A stretch of DNA of 64,000 nucleotides from the NCBI GenBank assembly GCA_031422435.1, contig JANPLU010000128.1:1-64000 (forward strand), written 5' to 3'. Shown piece by piece: positions 52,917 through 61,581 of the stretch (positions within the stretch are counted from its first letter, which is position 1; every line of letters starts with the position of its first letter). A model generated the notes under the pieces. It saw nothing but the letters and a program-made list of their open reading frames with translations. It ran no database searches and was not told the DNA's origin. Made by a program: the position numbers and the translations under genes. The stretch is from Acaryochloridaceae cyanobacterium VAR_48_metabat_390. Lineage in GTDB: Bacteria > Cyanobacteriota > Cyanobacteriia > Thermosynechococcales > Thermosynechococcaceae.

Positions 52917-52952
52917 TTCACTCTCATTACATTTAGCCCTAAAGATAGTCCT

Positions 52953-55900
52953 ATGGTTGTATCTCAGTCCCCCGTCACCGAACTCAGCGAATCCCAGAAG
53001 GCGGTTTTACAAAAGTATTTCATCAATGGCGAATCCACCTGGGAAGCAGTGGTGGAACGGGTGGCTCGGTATGTTGCTAGCGCGGAAGCTACGCCAGAAC
53101 TACGAGACTACTGGCAAGAAAAGTTTCTCTCGGTTTTGATTCCCATGAAGCTGGTGCCGGGTGGCTCCATTTTGGCGAACTGTGACCACGGCACCAGAGG
53201 GTTACTGAACTGCTTTGTGCTTTCGGCTGAGGATAATATCCACGACATTACGAAGCTGGTTTCTGATGCGGTGTTGACCACTAAGTTTAGGGGTGGCGTT
53301 GGCATCAATATTGGTGCGGAAGGTCAAAAGGGCTATATTCGACCCAAAAATGCGCCGTTTCAGGATGGACGGGCGCTAGGTCCCTGTGCGGTTCTCGATA
53401 TGGTGTCTGAGAATTCTAAGAAAATTACGACGGGTAACAAGGCGCGGCGTGGCGCGTTTTTGTTTTCGATGGATTGGAAACATCCTGACATTTTGGAGTT
53501 TATCCAGGCGAAGACGCAATCAACCATTGATGCTGGGGTAACGAAGTCTGTTGTGGAGCAGATGGCGCAGTTGGTGCAAAGCGATTTGCCCCAAGATGAG
53601 AAGAATGAGAAGCTGCAAGCCCTTAATCAGGAGCTATCGACGGCTTGGGTAGAAACACACTTGAGTCCTGACGGGAAACGCGATCGCCGTTGGCACAATG
53701 CAAACATATCTGTACAGCTAGATGACGAATTTTTCACGCGACTGGATGCGGGAGACAGCTTTGCCCATGAGCTATGGGACAAAATTGCCAGCAATGCCCA
53801 CGCGACGGCTGACCCTGGCCTGCTGTTGATCGACAACGCCAAGCGCCGCAGCCCTATCCGAGATTTTGTGACCTGCACCAACCCCTGCGTGACTGCCGAT
53901 ACTTGGGTGCATACAGGCGAAGGGGCACGTCAAGTCAAAGATTTAGTGGGTCAACAGCACAGCACGTACGTGAATGGAGAGCTATTTAGCACCACGCCTG
54001 AGGGCTTCTTTTCGACGGGGATTAAACCTGTGTTGAGCCTCCAAACTCAGGAAGGCTATCGGCTGCGGCTAACGGGGAACCATCGGGTGCTGAAGGTGAC
54101 GGCGCAAACTCGATACCGTCAGTACACCGAATGGGTGGCGGCGGAAGATCTGCAACCAGGCGATCGCCTCATGCTTCACGACCACCGCGTTTTGGAAGGT
54201 TGGGAAGGCACAGGCACCTTTGATGAAGGTTGGCTGCTGGGTAGTCTCGTGGGAGATGGAACCTTTGCGCTCAACAATCAGGGCGAAATGCAGGGCATTC
54301 TCGGGTTCTGGGGTGACGATAATCCTGTAATGATGAGCTACGCCGTGGGTTTACTCAATCAGATTGAAAAGAAAAATAGTCTTGGTCGAGTTTATTCACT
54401 AACGGGTACCCAGGCGATCTCCCAGCAAAAAAGCGTCGTTGCTACAACACGATTGGCGGAACTGGCACAACGATTTGGCATTTGCAGAGGTTCTAAAACC
54501 GTAACCGCTGAAGTTGAACAGGCCAGTTTTGTCTTTTATCAAGGATTTCTACGCGGTCTATTCGATGCAGATGGAAGCGTGCAGGGACATCAAGCAAAAG
54601 GCGTTAGCGTTCGTCTAGCTCAGAGTAATGTAGCAACCCTTGAAGCCGTACAGCGAATGCTGGCACGGGTGGGCATTGCTTCTAAGCTTTACCAAAATCG
54701 GCGGGAGGCTGGCGATCGCCTTCTTCCTGATGGCAATGGCGGTCTTGCACCATACTTCTGTAAAGCACAGCATGAGCTGATCATCGCTGGGGACAATTTG
54801 GGTCGATTTGCGGAAGCGATTGGATTTCAAGATCCTGCCAAGGCAGCAAAACTTGAAACGCTTATGGGTCAATATGTGCGGACTCCTAACCGAGAACGAT
54901 TTTCTGTGACGGTGGCGGCGATCACAGCCGATGGCGTTGAAGAAGTCTATGACTGTACAGTACCTGGGCCACATTGTTTTGATGCTAATGGTTTAGTAGC
55001 GCACAACTGCGGTGAGATCTTTTTGCCGCCAAACAGCGCCTGTAACCTTGCTTCGCTGGTGCTGACAAAGTTTATCCATCGCAATGAGAACGGTGAGATT
55101 GAGATTGACTGGCAAGACTTGGCGCAAACGGTCGCCATTGCCACTCGCTTCCTAGACAACGTCCTGAGCGTGGCAGAATTTGCTACCCCAGACCAAAAAC
55201 ACAACGTGCGGAACGTATTCCGGCAGTTGGGACTGGGCATTATGGGCTGGGCCGATTACCTCAAACAGGCGCATATTGCCTACGACTCCGCGCAGCATTT
55301 GGATGAGATTGATCGCTGGGGCGGTTGGATTGCGAACTATGCCTATCGTGCTTCGGAAGCGCTAGCGGCTGAGAAGGGAGCCTGTGGCGTGTGGCCTCAA
55401 ATACAGGATTTACGCACAGGCAATATTTTTGAGCGCTGGCTTGACAGCGAAGGTAACGAGTACAACGGAGAGCAGGCGCTCAATTCTAATCGCCAAGATT
55501 TGACCCAAGTACCGCGCCGTAACTCTACAGTTTTGTCTATCGCGCCAACGGGCAGTATTGCTCAGCTTGCGGCTTGTTCTTGGGCGTTTGAGCCAGATTT
55601 TGGGCTGACAATGTGGAAGCAGGTGTTTGTGGATGCTTCTAAAAATGAGCAAAACTGGATTCAAATCTTGAACCCATACCTCGAAGCCCTAAACCTTCCA
55701 GAAGCGGATGCCGAAATTGTGAAGCGCACGGGTTCTCTGAAGGGAACTGATTTTGCAAAGCAGCACCCTGATATTACGGCGGCGTTTAAGATTGCGCGGG
55801 AGGTGCCCCCAGGCTGGCATATCTTAGTGCAGTCTAAATGGCAGGACTGGATTGATTCTTCTATTTCTAAGACGATTAATTTGCCCAGTCATGCCACGGT

Positions 55901-56027
55901 GGATGAAATTAAGCAGATTTACCGTCTGGCGGCGAAGGCAGGCTTGAAGGGCGTAACGATTTATCGTTCTGGCACGTTGGAGTCTGAGCCGATTAAGGTG
56001 GGCGATGCGGAGAAATCTGGGAGTTGA
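52953..56027 (+). CDS. nrdJ: Class II (B12-dependent) ribonucleotide reductase catalytic subunit with intein
   Basis: NCFV, GGVG, TNP|intein|CGEI, CNLAS, LGLGIMG, SIAPTGSI, DSSISKTIN, KGVTIYR; followed by a TSCPD-type subunit, no nrdB nearby. Confidence 0.88.
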   Translation: MVVSQSPVTELSESQKAVLQKYFINGESTWEAVVERVARYVASAEATPELRDYWQEKFLSVLIPMKLVPGGSILANCDHGTRGLLNCFVLSAEDNIHDITKLVSDAVLTTKFRGGVGINIGAEGQKGYIRPKNAPFQDGRALGPCAVLDMVSENSKKITTGNKARRGAFLFSMDWKHPDILEFIQAKTQSTIDAGVTKSVVEQMAQLVQSDLPQDEKNEKLQALNQELSTAWVETHLSPDGKRDRRWHNANISVQLDDEFFTRLDAGDSFAHELWDKIASNAHATADPGLLLIDNAKRRSPIRDFVTCTNPCVTADTWVHTGEGARQVKDLVGQQHSTYVNGELFSTTPEGFFSTGIKPVLSLQTQEGYRLRLTGNHRVLKVTAQTRYRQYTEWVAAEDLQPGDRLMLHDHRVLEGWEGTGTFDEGWLLGSLVGDGTFALNNQGEMQGILGFWGDDNPVMMSYAVGLLNQIEKKNSLGRVYSLTGTQAISQQKSVVATTRLAELAQRFGICRGSKTVTAEVEQASFVFYQGFLRGLFDADGSVQGHQAKGVSVRLAQSNVATLEAVQRMLARVGIASKLYQNRREAGDRLLPDGNGGLAPYFCKAQHELIIAGDNLGRFAEAIGFQDPAKAAKLETLMGQYVRTPNRERFSVTVAAITADGVEEVYDCTVPGPHCFDANGLVAHNCGEIFLPPNSACNLASLVLTKFIHRNENGEIEIDWQDLAQTVAIATRFLDNVLSVAEFATPDQKHNVRNVFRQLGLGIMGWADYLKQAHIAYDSAQHLDEIDRWGGWIANYAYRASEALAAEKGACGVWPQIQDLRTGNIFERWLDSEGNEYNGEQALNSNRQDLTQVPRRNSTVLSIAPTGSIAQLAACSWAFEPDFGLTMWKQVFVDASKNEQNWIQILNPYLEALNLPEADAEIVKRTGSLKGTDFAKQHPDITAAFKIAREVPPGWHILVQSKWQDWIDSSISKTINLPSHATVDEIKQIYRLAAKAGLKGVTIYRSGTLESEPIKVGDAEKSGS
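53886..55007 (+). mobile_element. Intein (374 aa) with LAGLIDADG homing endonuclease
   Basis: Starts CVTADT, ends VYDCTV...LVAHN before C; block B LTGNHRV; LAGLIDADG motifs LLGSLVGDG and FLRGLFDADG. Confidence 0.95.
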
Positions 56028-56056
56028 GGAGTATGAATTGACTAGCCTTAATTTTG

Positions 56057-56150
56057 ACCCTCACCCCTCTCCCCTCTCCCAGAGCGGGAGAGGGGAGTAA
56101 GAATCTGGTTCCCCTTCTCCTGCGGGAGAAGGGGTTAGGGGATGAGGGAG
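56057..56150. repeat. Family 2 REP-like nested hairpin element, copy C
   Basis: ccctcacccctctcccctctcccagagcgggagagggg...ccccttctcctgcgggagaaggggttaggggatgaggg. Confidence 0.8.
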
Positions 56151-56210
56151 TGCAAAGCGTATCGCTTCTAAATCAATTCTCTAAATTATTTAATTCACGA
56201 TTTTAAGGGT

Positions 56211-56242
56211 GTTGAGGGCTTCGACTTCGCTCAGCCCTCAGC
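56211..56242. repeat. Small hairpin repeat with TTCGACTTCGCTCA core
   Basis: gttgagggct-tcgacttcgctc-agccctcagc. Confidence 0.55.
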
Positions 56243-56290
56243 TTAAGACTTGCAGAATCAGGAACTTTATTTCTAGGCGTATTTCTAACA

Positions 56291-57175
56291 ATGGCAAGTA
56301 CACAGGCTTTATTGACCCTAGTAGATTCTTTCCCTGAAGCGTTTTTTGACCCAGAGGGGGCGCAGGCTAGCGTTAGCAGCGCAACGCAAGGGAGCCAGCA
56401 CCAAGAAGCAGCTCGCATTCAGACGCTTTTAGATTTAGCGACGGAATTTCCTGAAGCGTTTTCAGACCCAGAGGCACCTGTGGCAACATCGGCTGTAGTG
56501 GCAGATGCTCCTGCACCGGAGGTTCAGCCTGTAGTGGAAGCAGCCGCAGCTCCAACCGTAGCGACAAGTTTACCTGTTGGATACGAATTCTCGCTCAACC
56601 GCACAATTTCTACATTTACTTGGGGCAATATTGAGGCGCACTTGAGCTATTCGACGGCAGGGCTAGGGTCGCTGTGGCTGGTGGCAGGCAAGTCGGGGAC
56701 GGAGATTCAGTCGCTGTGTGAGGCAATCTGTCGGTTGACGAATTTGCTGTTGACTTATCAGGTGCCTGTTACAGAAATTGTGCGACAGTTGCGCGGCATT
56801 CGCGGGGCGGATTCTGAAGGGCTTGGCCCCCATCGGGTGTTGGGGCTGGCGGATCTGATTGGGAAGGTGTTGCAGGAGGCTCCGGCGACGTTGACGGTTG
56901 GGGCTGCTGCTCCGGTGGCGGGGGCACGGGCTGTGACGGCAGCGGCGACTGTGCTGGAACCTGCGAAGGTTGAGGCTGTGATGCCTTTAAGCGATTCTCA
57001 GAATGGCAATTCTGTTGTGAAGTCTGGTAGCGAGTTGTTATCGCCTTCATTACTCGATTTATCGGAGAATAATCATCGGATGGGGCTTTGTGCTGAGTGT
57101 GGCTCTGAGTTACAGGCAATGAATGGTTGTTCGGGTGGGGCTTGTCTGGTATGTGGTTTTAGTAGCTGTTCATAA
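56291..57175 (+). CDS. NrdJb-like TSCPD domain protein with C-terminal zinc ribbon
   Basis: GKSG.E..S..EAI.RL..L.L, I..QLRGIRG, D.IGK.L, CAECG...GC....CLVCGFSSC. Confidence 0.75.
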   Translation: MASTQALLTLVDSFPEAFFDPEGAQASVSSATQGSQHQEAARIQTLLDLATEFPEAFSDPEAPVATSAVVADAPAPEVQPVVEAAAAPTVATSLPVGYEFSLNRTISTFTWGNIEAHLSYSTAGLGSLWLVAGKSGTEIQSLCEAICRLTNLLLTYQVPVTEIVRQLRGIRGADSEGLGPHRVLGLADLIGKVLQEAPATLTVGAAAPVAGARAVTAAATVLEPAKVEAVMPLSDSQNGNSVVKSGSELLSPSLLDLSENNHRMGLCAECGSELQAMNGCSGGACLVCGFSSCS

Positions 57176-57859
57176 GTGCTGGTCTAATACTTCATCTAAT
57201 CTGTTTTTAAACGCAGTTAAGCTAGGCATGTCGGTAATTCGACCAATGTCTATATTGCCTTGATCAATTAGGTCATTCAGCAAATGACTTGTGCCTGGTG
57301 TTTCAAGACATTGTTCTAGCTGACCTTTTAATGAATTAGGGGAAGCATCATTACCTGATTCATCTTCCAGTTGAACACAATTTTGATATTGATTACGCAA
57401 GGCACAAAGAATCCAAGCCTCGGATTTTGGTTTTGGAATCATTGGAACACCATTAGAAACTCCTTCGGCCTCAAAACCATCTAGCATGGATTGCTTTTTT
57501 TCGTTCCATTCTCCTCTATTGGAGCTTGCCGTGCCATCAGCATCCCTAAATAAAACCAGGATGACTGGAGTTCCATCTTCATTACTTTTTGTCTTTGCCA
57601 AAATGGCTAAAGCTCTTGCATTATTATAATAATAGCCAGTTTCTATCTTCCGCTTTTTCCCCTTTCTAGAAAGTGGCTTAATATGTTGTTTTGCTACTTC
57701 AGCAAGTCTTTGTTTGTTGACAATAGTATAATGGCCTAAATCAATGAGAGAATAACTGCTGCGTCTAGCAATCCAGTTATCTATCAACTTTGCCATAGGG
57801 CCAATTGCATCATCAATGCCTATGTCAGATGCCCCCTCTCCACTTAGCAATAAAAACAT
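57170..57859 (-). CDS. Putative TOPRIM-fold protein partnered with an ABC ATPase
   Basis: LSGEGASD, FRDADG (DxD), PKPKSEAWIL; AT-rich; directly downstream of the ATPase. Confidence 0.6.
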   Translation of the reverse strand: MFLLLSGEGASDIGIDDAIGPMAKLIDNWIARRSSYSLIDLGHYTIVNKQRLAEVAKQHIKPLSRKGKKRKIETGYYYNNARALAILAKTKSNEDGTPVILVLFRDADGTASSNRGEWNEKKQSMLDGFEAEGVSNGVPMIPKPKSEAWILCALRNQYQNCVQLEDESGNDASPNSLKGQLEQCLETPGTSHLLNDLIDQGNIDIGRITDMPSLTAFKNRLDEVLDQHL

Positions 57860-57875
57860 ATTTAAGGATGAATAA

Positions 57876-59042
57876 TTAACTTGATTTTCGTAGCATGGAA
57901 ATCTCCTTAAAAAGTTGACTTAGAATAGTATCTTCATAAACTTCTCCAGGCCCCATAACAGTTAACTTTTCACGCATAGAAGGAATATCAAAAAGACGGA
58001 TAGCTTGTGTTGCTCCATTTTCTCCTTTATATAAATAGACAACACCTTCAATTGCAACCTCATCTTCTAGATAGTTTAAGACCATTGGGCTATGAGTGGT
58101 TACAAGAACTTGTGGAGAAGCTTGCACTAAGCTGTCCACAAGAAACTCAACTAACTCTGGATTAATACCGTTCTCTATTTCATCAAGTAGCAAAAAACTT
58201 TGCTCTTTAGACAGTTGAGCAAATACTGCCAGCATACGAAGAAATCCATCAGCAACATGCCGTGCTTCTGTTTTTAATAGAGTCCCTTCAAATTGCTCTT
58301 GAACTATAAGTTGCTTCCATCCAGAACGCAAGACGGATGTATCAAGTAGCCTGAGTTGTGGATAGAGTCCAGACATTTTTTTCTGAATAACTTCTCGCCG
58401 ATCTTCCCCTACTTCATGTAAAAATGCTGACAGCCTCTCACCACCTAAGCCTAGACTATTCTCTGCATCTCTAGTACGTTGCCTTAACAATTCAGGAGCC
58501 AAAAGATCTAGTGAATGTAAATCTTCAAAGAATTTTTTGATTTCAAGAATTTCTTTAGTTAACTTAGATTCTTTGTACCCTGACAATAATGATCCTTGAT
58601 ATTCAAATTCAATAACTCCAGATGAGCTGCGTACACGTTCTTGGTCTTGCTCAGCTAAAGAACGAATTACATACTTTCCATCTTCTACTTTTAGAATTAA
58701 ATTCTTATTCCAATCTACTCGCTCGAAGGTGCAACGTAATGTTTGCCGATTAAATCTTGCAGTCCATTTAATCTCCAATTCATTATCATGAAGGAGTAAA
58801 ATCTCAAATTCAATATTATTTCTTGGAGTTAATTTTGAGTTGATATCAGATGCTTCCCACTGTCTTCTCTTCAACCATTTATCTAAATCACCTTTAACCT
58901 GTTGAGACAGAAAATCAAAAAATTGTAATACCGTTGACTTGCCTGAACCATTTAGCCCAACTAAACAGTTAAATTTAGATAATGGCAATTCAAAGTTCAC
59001 TAAGGATTTGAAGTTATCAACTTTTATGTTTTTGATTCTCAT
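57876..59042 (-). CDS. ABC-type (AAA_15/AAA_21-like) ATPase
   Basis: NFKSL, GLNGSGKST, ADG..R, LLLDEIENGI.P, VTTHSP. Confidence 0.85.
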   Translation of the reverse strand: MRIKNIKVDNFKSLVNFELPLSKFNCLVGLNGSGKSTVLQFFDFLSQQVKGDLDKWLKRRQWEASDINSKLTPRNNIEFEILLLHDNELEIKWTARFNRQTLRCTFERVDWNKNLILKVEDGKYVIRSLAEQDQERVRSSSGVIEFEYQGSLLSGYKESKLTKEILEIKKFFEDLHSLDLLAPELLRQRTRDAENSLGLGGERLSAFLHEVGEDRREVIQKKMSGLYPQLRLLDTSVLRSGWKQLIVQEQFEGTLLKTEARHVADGFLRMLAVFAQLSKEQSFLLLDEIENGINPELVEFLVDSLVQASPQVLVTTHSPMVLNYLEDEVAIEGVVYLYKGENGATQAIRLFDIPSMREKLTVMGPGEVYEDTILSQLFKEISMLRKSS

Positions 59043-59098
59043 ATCTGTAATTTCTAATACTTGCTGCCCACAGATCACACGAAATTATATAAAGTAAT

Positions 59099-59310
59099 TC
59101 TGTAGTCAATCGCAGAAAATTTTTTCGTTGTGCTTACTCTAGAGGCAAGCTTGAACATGTCCATTTTTTAGATCTGAAAATTCTCTACAACTTTAAAGAC
59201 ACTAACATTTTCTGCGAACAACTTCAAAACATTGTTCATCCCAATTCTCATCCCTCAAATATAAGGGTAATCCATCCAACGTGCAAAATCATGACTCAAC
59301 CCATATAATC
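59099..59310 (-). pseudogene. Degenerate copy of the DUF433 gene at 61286-61510
   Basis: Colinear nucleotide similarity (agtcaatcgc, actaac.ttttctgc.aaca, aattctcatccctc.aata.aagg) with indels and stops. Confidence 0.7.
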
Positions 59311-59355
59311 CATTGTTGGAATAGTCCTGATCGCCATGCTTGAGGTGGTTTCGGT

Positions 59356-59397
59356 GTGATCGCCTTGCCCAAGATTTTGCTTGAGCGGGGCGATCGC
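59356..59397 (+). repeat. 42-bp HIP1-capped hairpin repeat, copy 1
   Basis: gtgatcgccttgcccaagattttgcttgagcggggcgatcgc. Confidence 0.9.
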
Positions 59398-59462
59398 TGT
59401 GTGTGTTGGTAGTTTGAGGGAGATCGTTTAAACAAGTATTATGAGGGCTGTGGGCGATCGCA

Positions 59463-59780
59463 TCACTCAACAACCGTCGCTGTCCTTTTAGTAGTAGTCG
59501 CTAAAACTTCTAAAATCTTTGGAGCTAAAGGCTTTAAATCCGCCAAACGATTAGAGAACGCATGCAAAACAATAACTGCAATCCCAAACTGCGGTAAATT
59601 CTGTTGAAATGATAAATTCCGATCAACCGTAATAAAAACATCAAACTCCACCTCGGCAAGCGCGAGGAGTTGACCATTTTTAATTTCAGCCCATCCTATC
59701 TGCGGGACAGTTTTTACCTCATAGCCAATAAACTCTTTGGCCAACCTACGATCAATACATTCATCCAAAAGTAGCCTCAC
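59463..59780 (-). CDS. DUF5615 PIN-like toxin (cassette 1)
   Basis: GTG start, RLLLDECI, KNG.LL..A...FDVFITVDRNL..QQN. Confidence 0.85.
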   Translation of the reverse strand: MRLLLDECIDRRLAKEFIGYEVKTVPQIGWAEIKNGQLLALAEVEFDVFITVDRNLSFQQNLPQFGIAVIVLHAFSNRLADLKPLAPKILEVLATTTKRTATVVE

Positions 59781-59781
59781 C

Positions 59782-60000
59782 TCAAGCCCCCACCCCAATA
59801 AGCTGTTCTCCAGCCTCTTCCAACAAAGCAATGACTTGTTCCCTAGTCACAGTAGGGAATCCGTCTAAAAAGTCATCAATCGACTCTCCTGCTTTGAGGT
59901 AATCCATCAACGTCTGTACCGGAACTCTCGTTCCAGTGAAAACTGGCGTACCACCCATCACGTCAGCAGATACGCTAATCATCAAAGAATCTTTCAGCAT
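59782..60000 (-). CDS. DUF433 antitoxin (cassette 1)
   Basis: MGGTPVF.GTRVPV..L.DYL.AG.SID.FL..FPTV.REQ. Confidence 0.88.
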   Translation of the reverse strand: MLKDSLMISVSADVMGGTPVFTGTRVPVQTLMDYLKAGESIDDFLDGFPTVTREQVIALLEEAGEQLIGVGA

Positions 60001-60080
60001 TAGTCTTTGACCTCTAGCCTTTATACTGACTAGTTTATCAAGGGTTGAGCAGGGCGGTCGCACTTCTAGCAAACGGAGAA

Positions 60081-60122
60081 GCGATCACCTTGCCTAAGAT
60101 TTTGCTGACGTGGGGCAATCTC
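60081..60122 (+). repeat. 42-bp HIP1-capped hairpin repeat, copy 2 (most degenerate)
   Basis: gcgatcaccttgcctaagattttgctgacgtggggcaatctc. Confidence 0.8.
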
Positions 60123-60208
60123 CCTATGTCTTGTTCGTTTGAAGGCGATCGCATAGTCCAAGATGGCGATCATCCATAATAGATAAAGCACCATTGCATC
60201 AAACGGTC

Positions 60209-60454
60209 ATGGACTGGAAACTTCATATTCATTCAGACCCCAATATTTTACTTGGCAAGCCCACCGTCAAAGGGACGCGGCTGTCTGTTGAATTTATACT
60301 GGGCTTATTTGCTGAAGGGTGGACAGAACAACAAATTCTAGAAAACTACCCTACCCTAAATGCGATCGCCCTTCAAGCCATTTTTGCATTTGCCGCAGAG
60401 TGCCTCAAAGAAGACGTATTTTATACATCACTCCTGACCGCTGAGGCAGGCTAG
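60209..60454 (+). CDS. DUF433 antitoxin (cassette 2, opposite orientation)
   Basis: I.SDP.IL.GKPTVKGTRLSVEFIL, GW...QILENYPTL. Confidence 0.88.
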   Translation: MDWKLHIHSDPNILLGKPTVKGTRLSVEFILGLFAEGWTEQQILENYPTLNAIALQAIFAFAAECLKEDVFYTSLLTAEAG

Positions 60455-60456
60455 CA

Positions 60457-60814
60457 ATGCGGCTTCTAGCAAACGAAAATTTTCCCTTGCTCAGCGTCAA
60501 GTTAATACGGCAAACAGGCTATGACATTGCTTCAATTACTAGGGATTCTCCAGGGATAGAAGATATAGAGGTTTTGACCCGTGCGGTCAACGAACAAAGA
60601 GATTATCCTGACCTTTGACCGTGATTACGGCGAACTCATCTATCGCTTACGAAAGCCATCGCCAAGAGGAGTGATCTATCTTCGGTTTCGTCCCCGTTCC
60701 CCAGAAGAACCAGCCGCAATATGGCTAAACCTCTCGCAAACTGAGGGACTACAATTCGAGGGACGGTTTACGGTTGTCGAGCGCGATCAGATTCGCCAGC
60801 GTCCTCTTCCGTAG
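60457..60814 (+). pseudogene. DUF5615 PIN-like toxin split by a +1 frameshift near 60601 (cassette 2)
   Basis: MRLLANENFP...RAVNEQR continues out of frame as IILTFDRDYGEL; one extra G in AGA-G-ATT. Confidence 0.8.
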
Positions 60815-60861
60815 TTTGATGAACTCATTAATATGAGATCGCACTTCTGGCAAGTAGCAAG

Positions 60862-60903
60862 GCGATCGCCTTGCCCAAGATTTTGCTTGAGCGGGGCGAT
60901 CGC
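60862..60903 (+). repeat. 42-bp HIP1-capped hairpin repeat, copy 3
   Basis: gcgatcgccttgcccaagattttgcttgagcggggcgatcgc. Confidence 0.9.
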
Positions 60904-60944
60904 CTTATCAAATCCTTACCTGAAGCAAGCAAACGACAGAGCAT

Positions 60945-61289
60945 TTAGAGAGAACTATCATTAATCTCTATAATAATTTCGCCCTCCTGCAATTTGCCCA
61001 ATGCATCCGTCAAAGTTTTTGAAATAAGTTGATGTAAATTACGATTCGTCACGTTGCCACAGGTCAGCCAAATTATTTGAGGCGGCATACCTAAGCGGCA
61101 GACTAGATCGATGAAGTCACTGTCCTTCGTCATAATTACAGCATTAGCAGCTCGTGCCGCCTCAAAAATTTCAATATCCTTTGCGTCTCGTAAGCCAAGA
61201 TCTTTAAGAGAAAACGCTTCCACCTCAAACTTACTATTCAACCAACTTGCCAAAGTTGGAGGTAATTGAGCATCAACCCAGATCTTCAT
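60945..61289 (-). CDS. DUF5615 PIN-like toxin (cassette 3)
   Basis: MKIWVDAQLPP, D.EIF..A, IMTKDSDF, PPQIIWLTCGN. Confidence 0.88.
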   Translation of the reverse strand: MKIWVDAQLPPTLASWLNSKFEVEAFSLKDLGLRDAKDIEIFEAARAANAVIMTKDSDFIDLVCRLGMPPQIIWLTCGNVTNRNLHQLISKTLTDALGKLQEGEIIIEINDSSL

Positions 61290-61510
61290 GCAGTCAATCG
61301 CAAAAAATCTGTCCGTCGCGCCGCAAACAGAAGACAAGCCTGTATATCTTCATTCTCAAGATCGGGAAAATCTTCCAAAATCTCAGAGAAACTAACGTTT
61401 TCTGCCAACATCTCTAAAATGTCGCTCACCCGAATTCTCATCCCTCTAATACAAGGACGACCACCACACTGACCGGGAACCTGAGTAATACGAGACAATA
61501 GATTATTCAT
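61286..61510 (-). CDS. DUF433 antitoxin (cassette 3)
   Basis: RIT..PGQCGGRPCIRGMRIRV.DIL, EILEDFPDLE.EDI.ACL.FAA; ATGA overlap with the toxin. Confidence 0.88.
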   Translation of the reverse strand: MNNLLSRITQVPGQCGGRPCIRGMRIRVSDILEMLAENVSFSEILEDFPDLENEDIQACLLFAARRTDFLRLTA

Positions 61511-61581
61511 TCGTGTCTCAAGTTAACACCTTCGTATCATACTGCGTCAATGGCGATCACCCTGTGTGAAGTGCTTCGGGT

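Noticed and set aside
59255..59473. 72-aa ORF on the minus strand
   Set aside because: It runs across the HIP1 module chain and the DUF433 remnant, so it is likely spurious.
60063..60475. 13-nt identity cttctagcaaacg between spacer module A (60063) and the 5' end of the cassette 2 toxin (60463)
   Set aside because: It is not conserved in the second module A copy, and the coding copy is explained by the LLANEN motif; probably chance.
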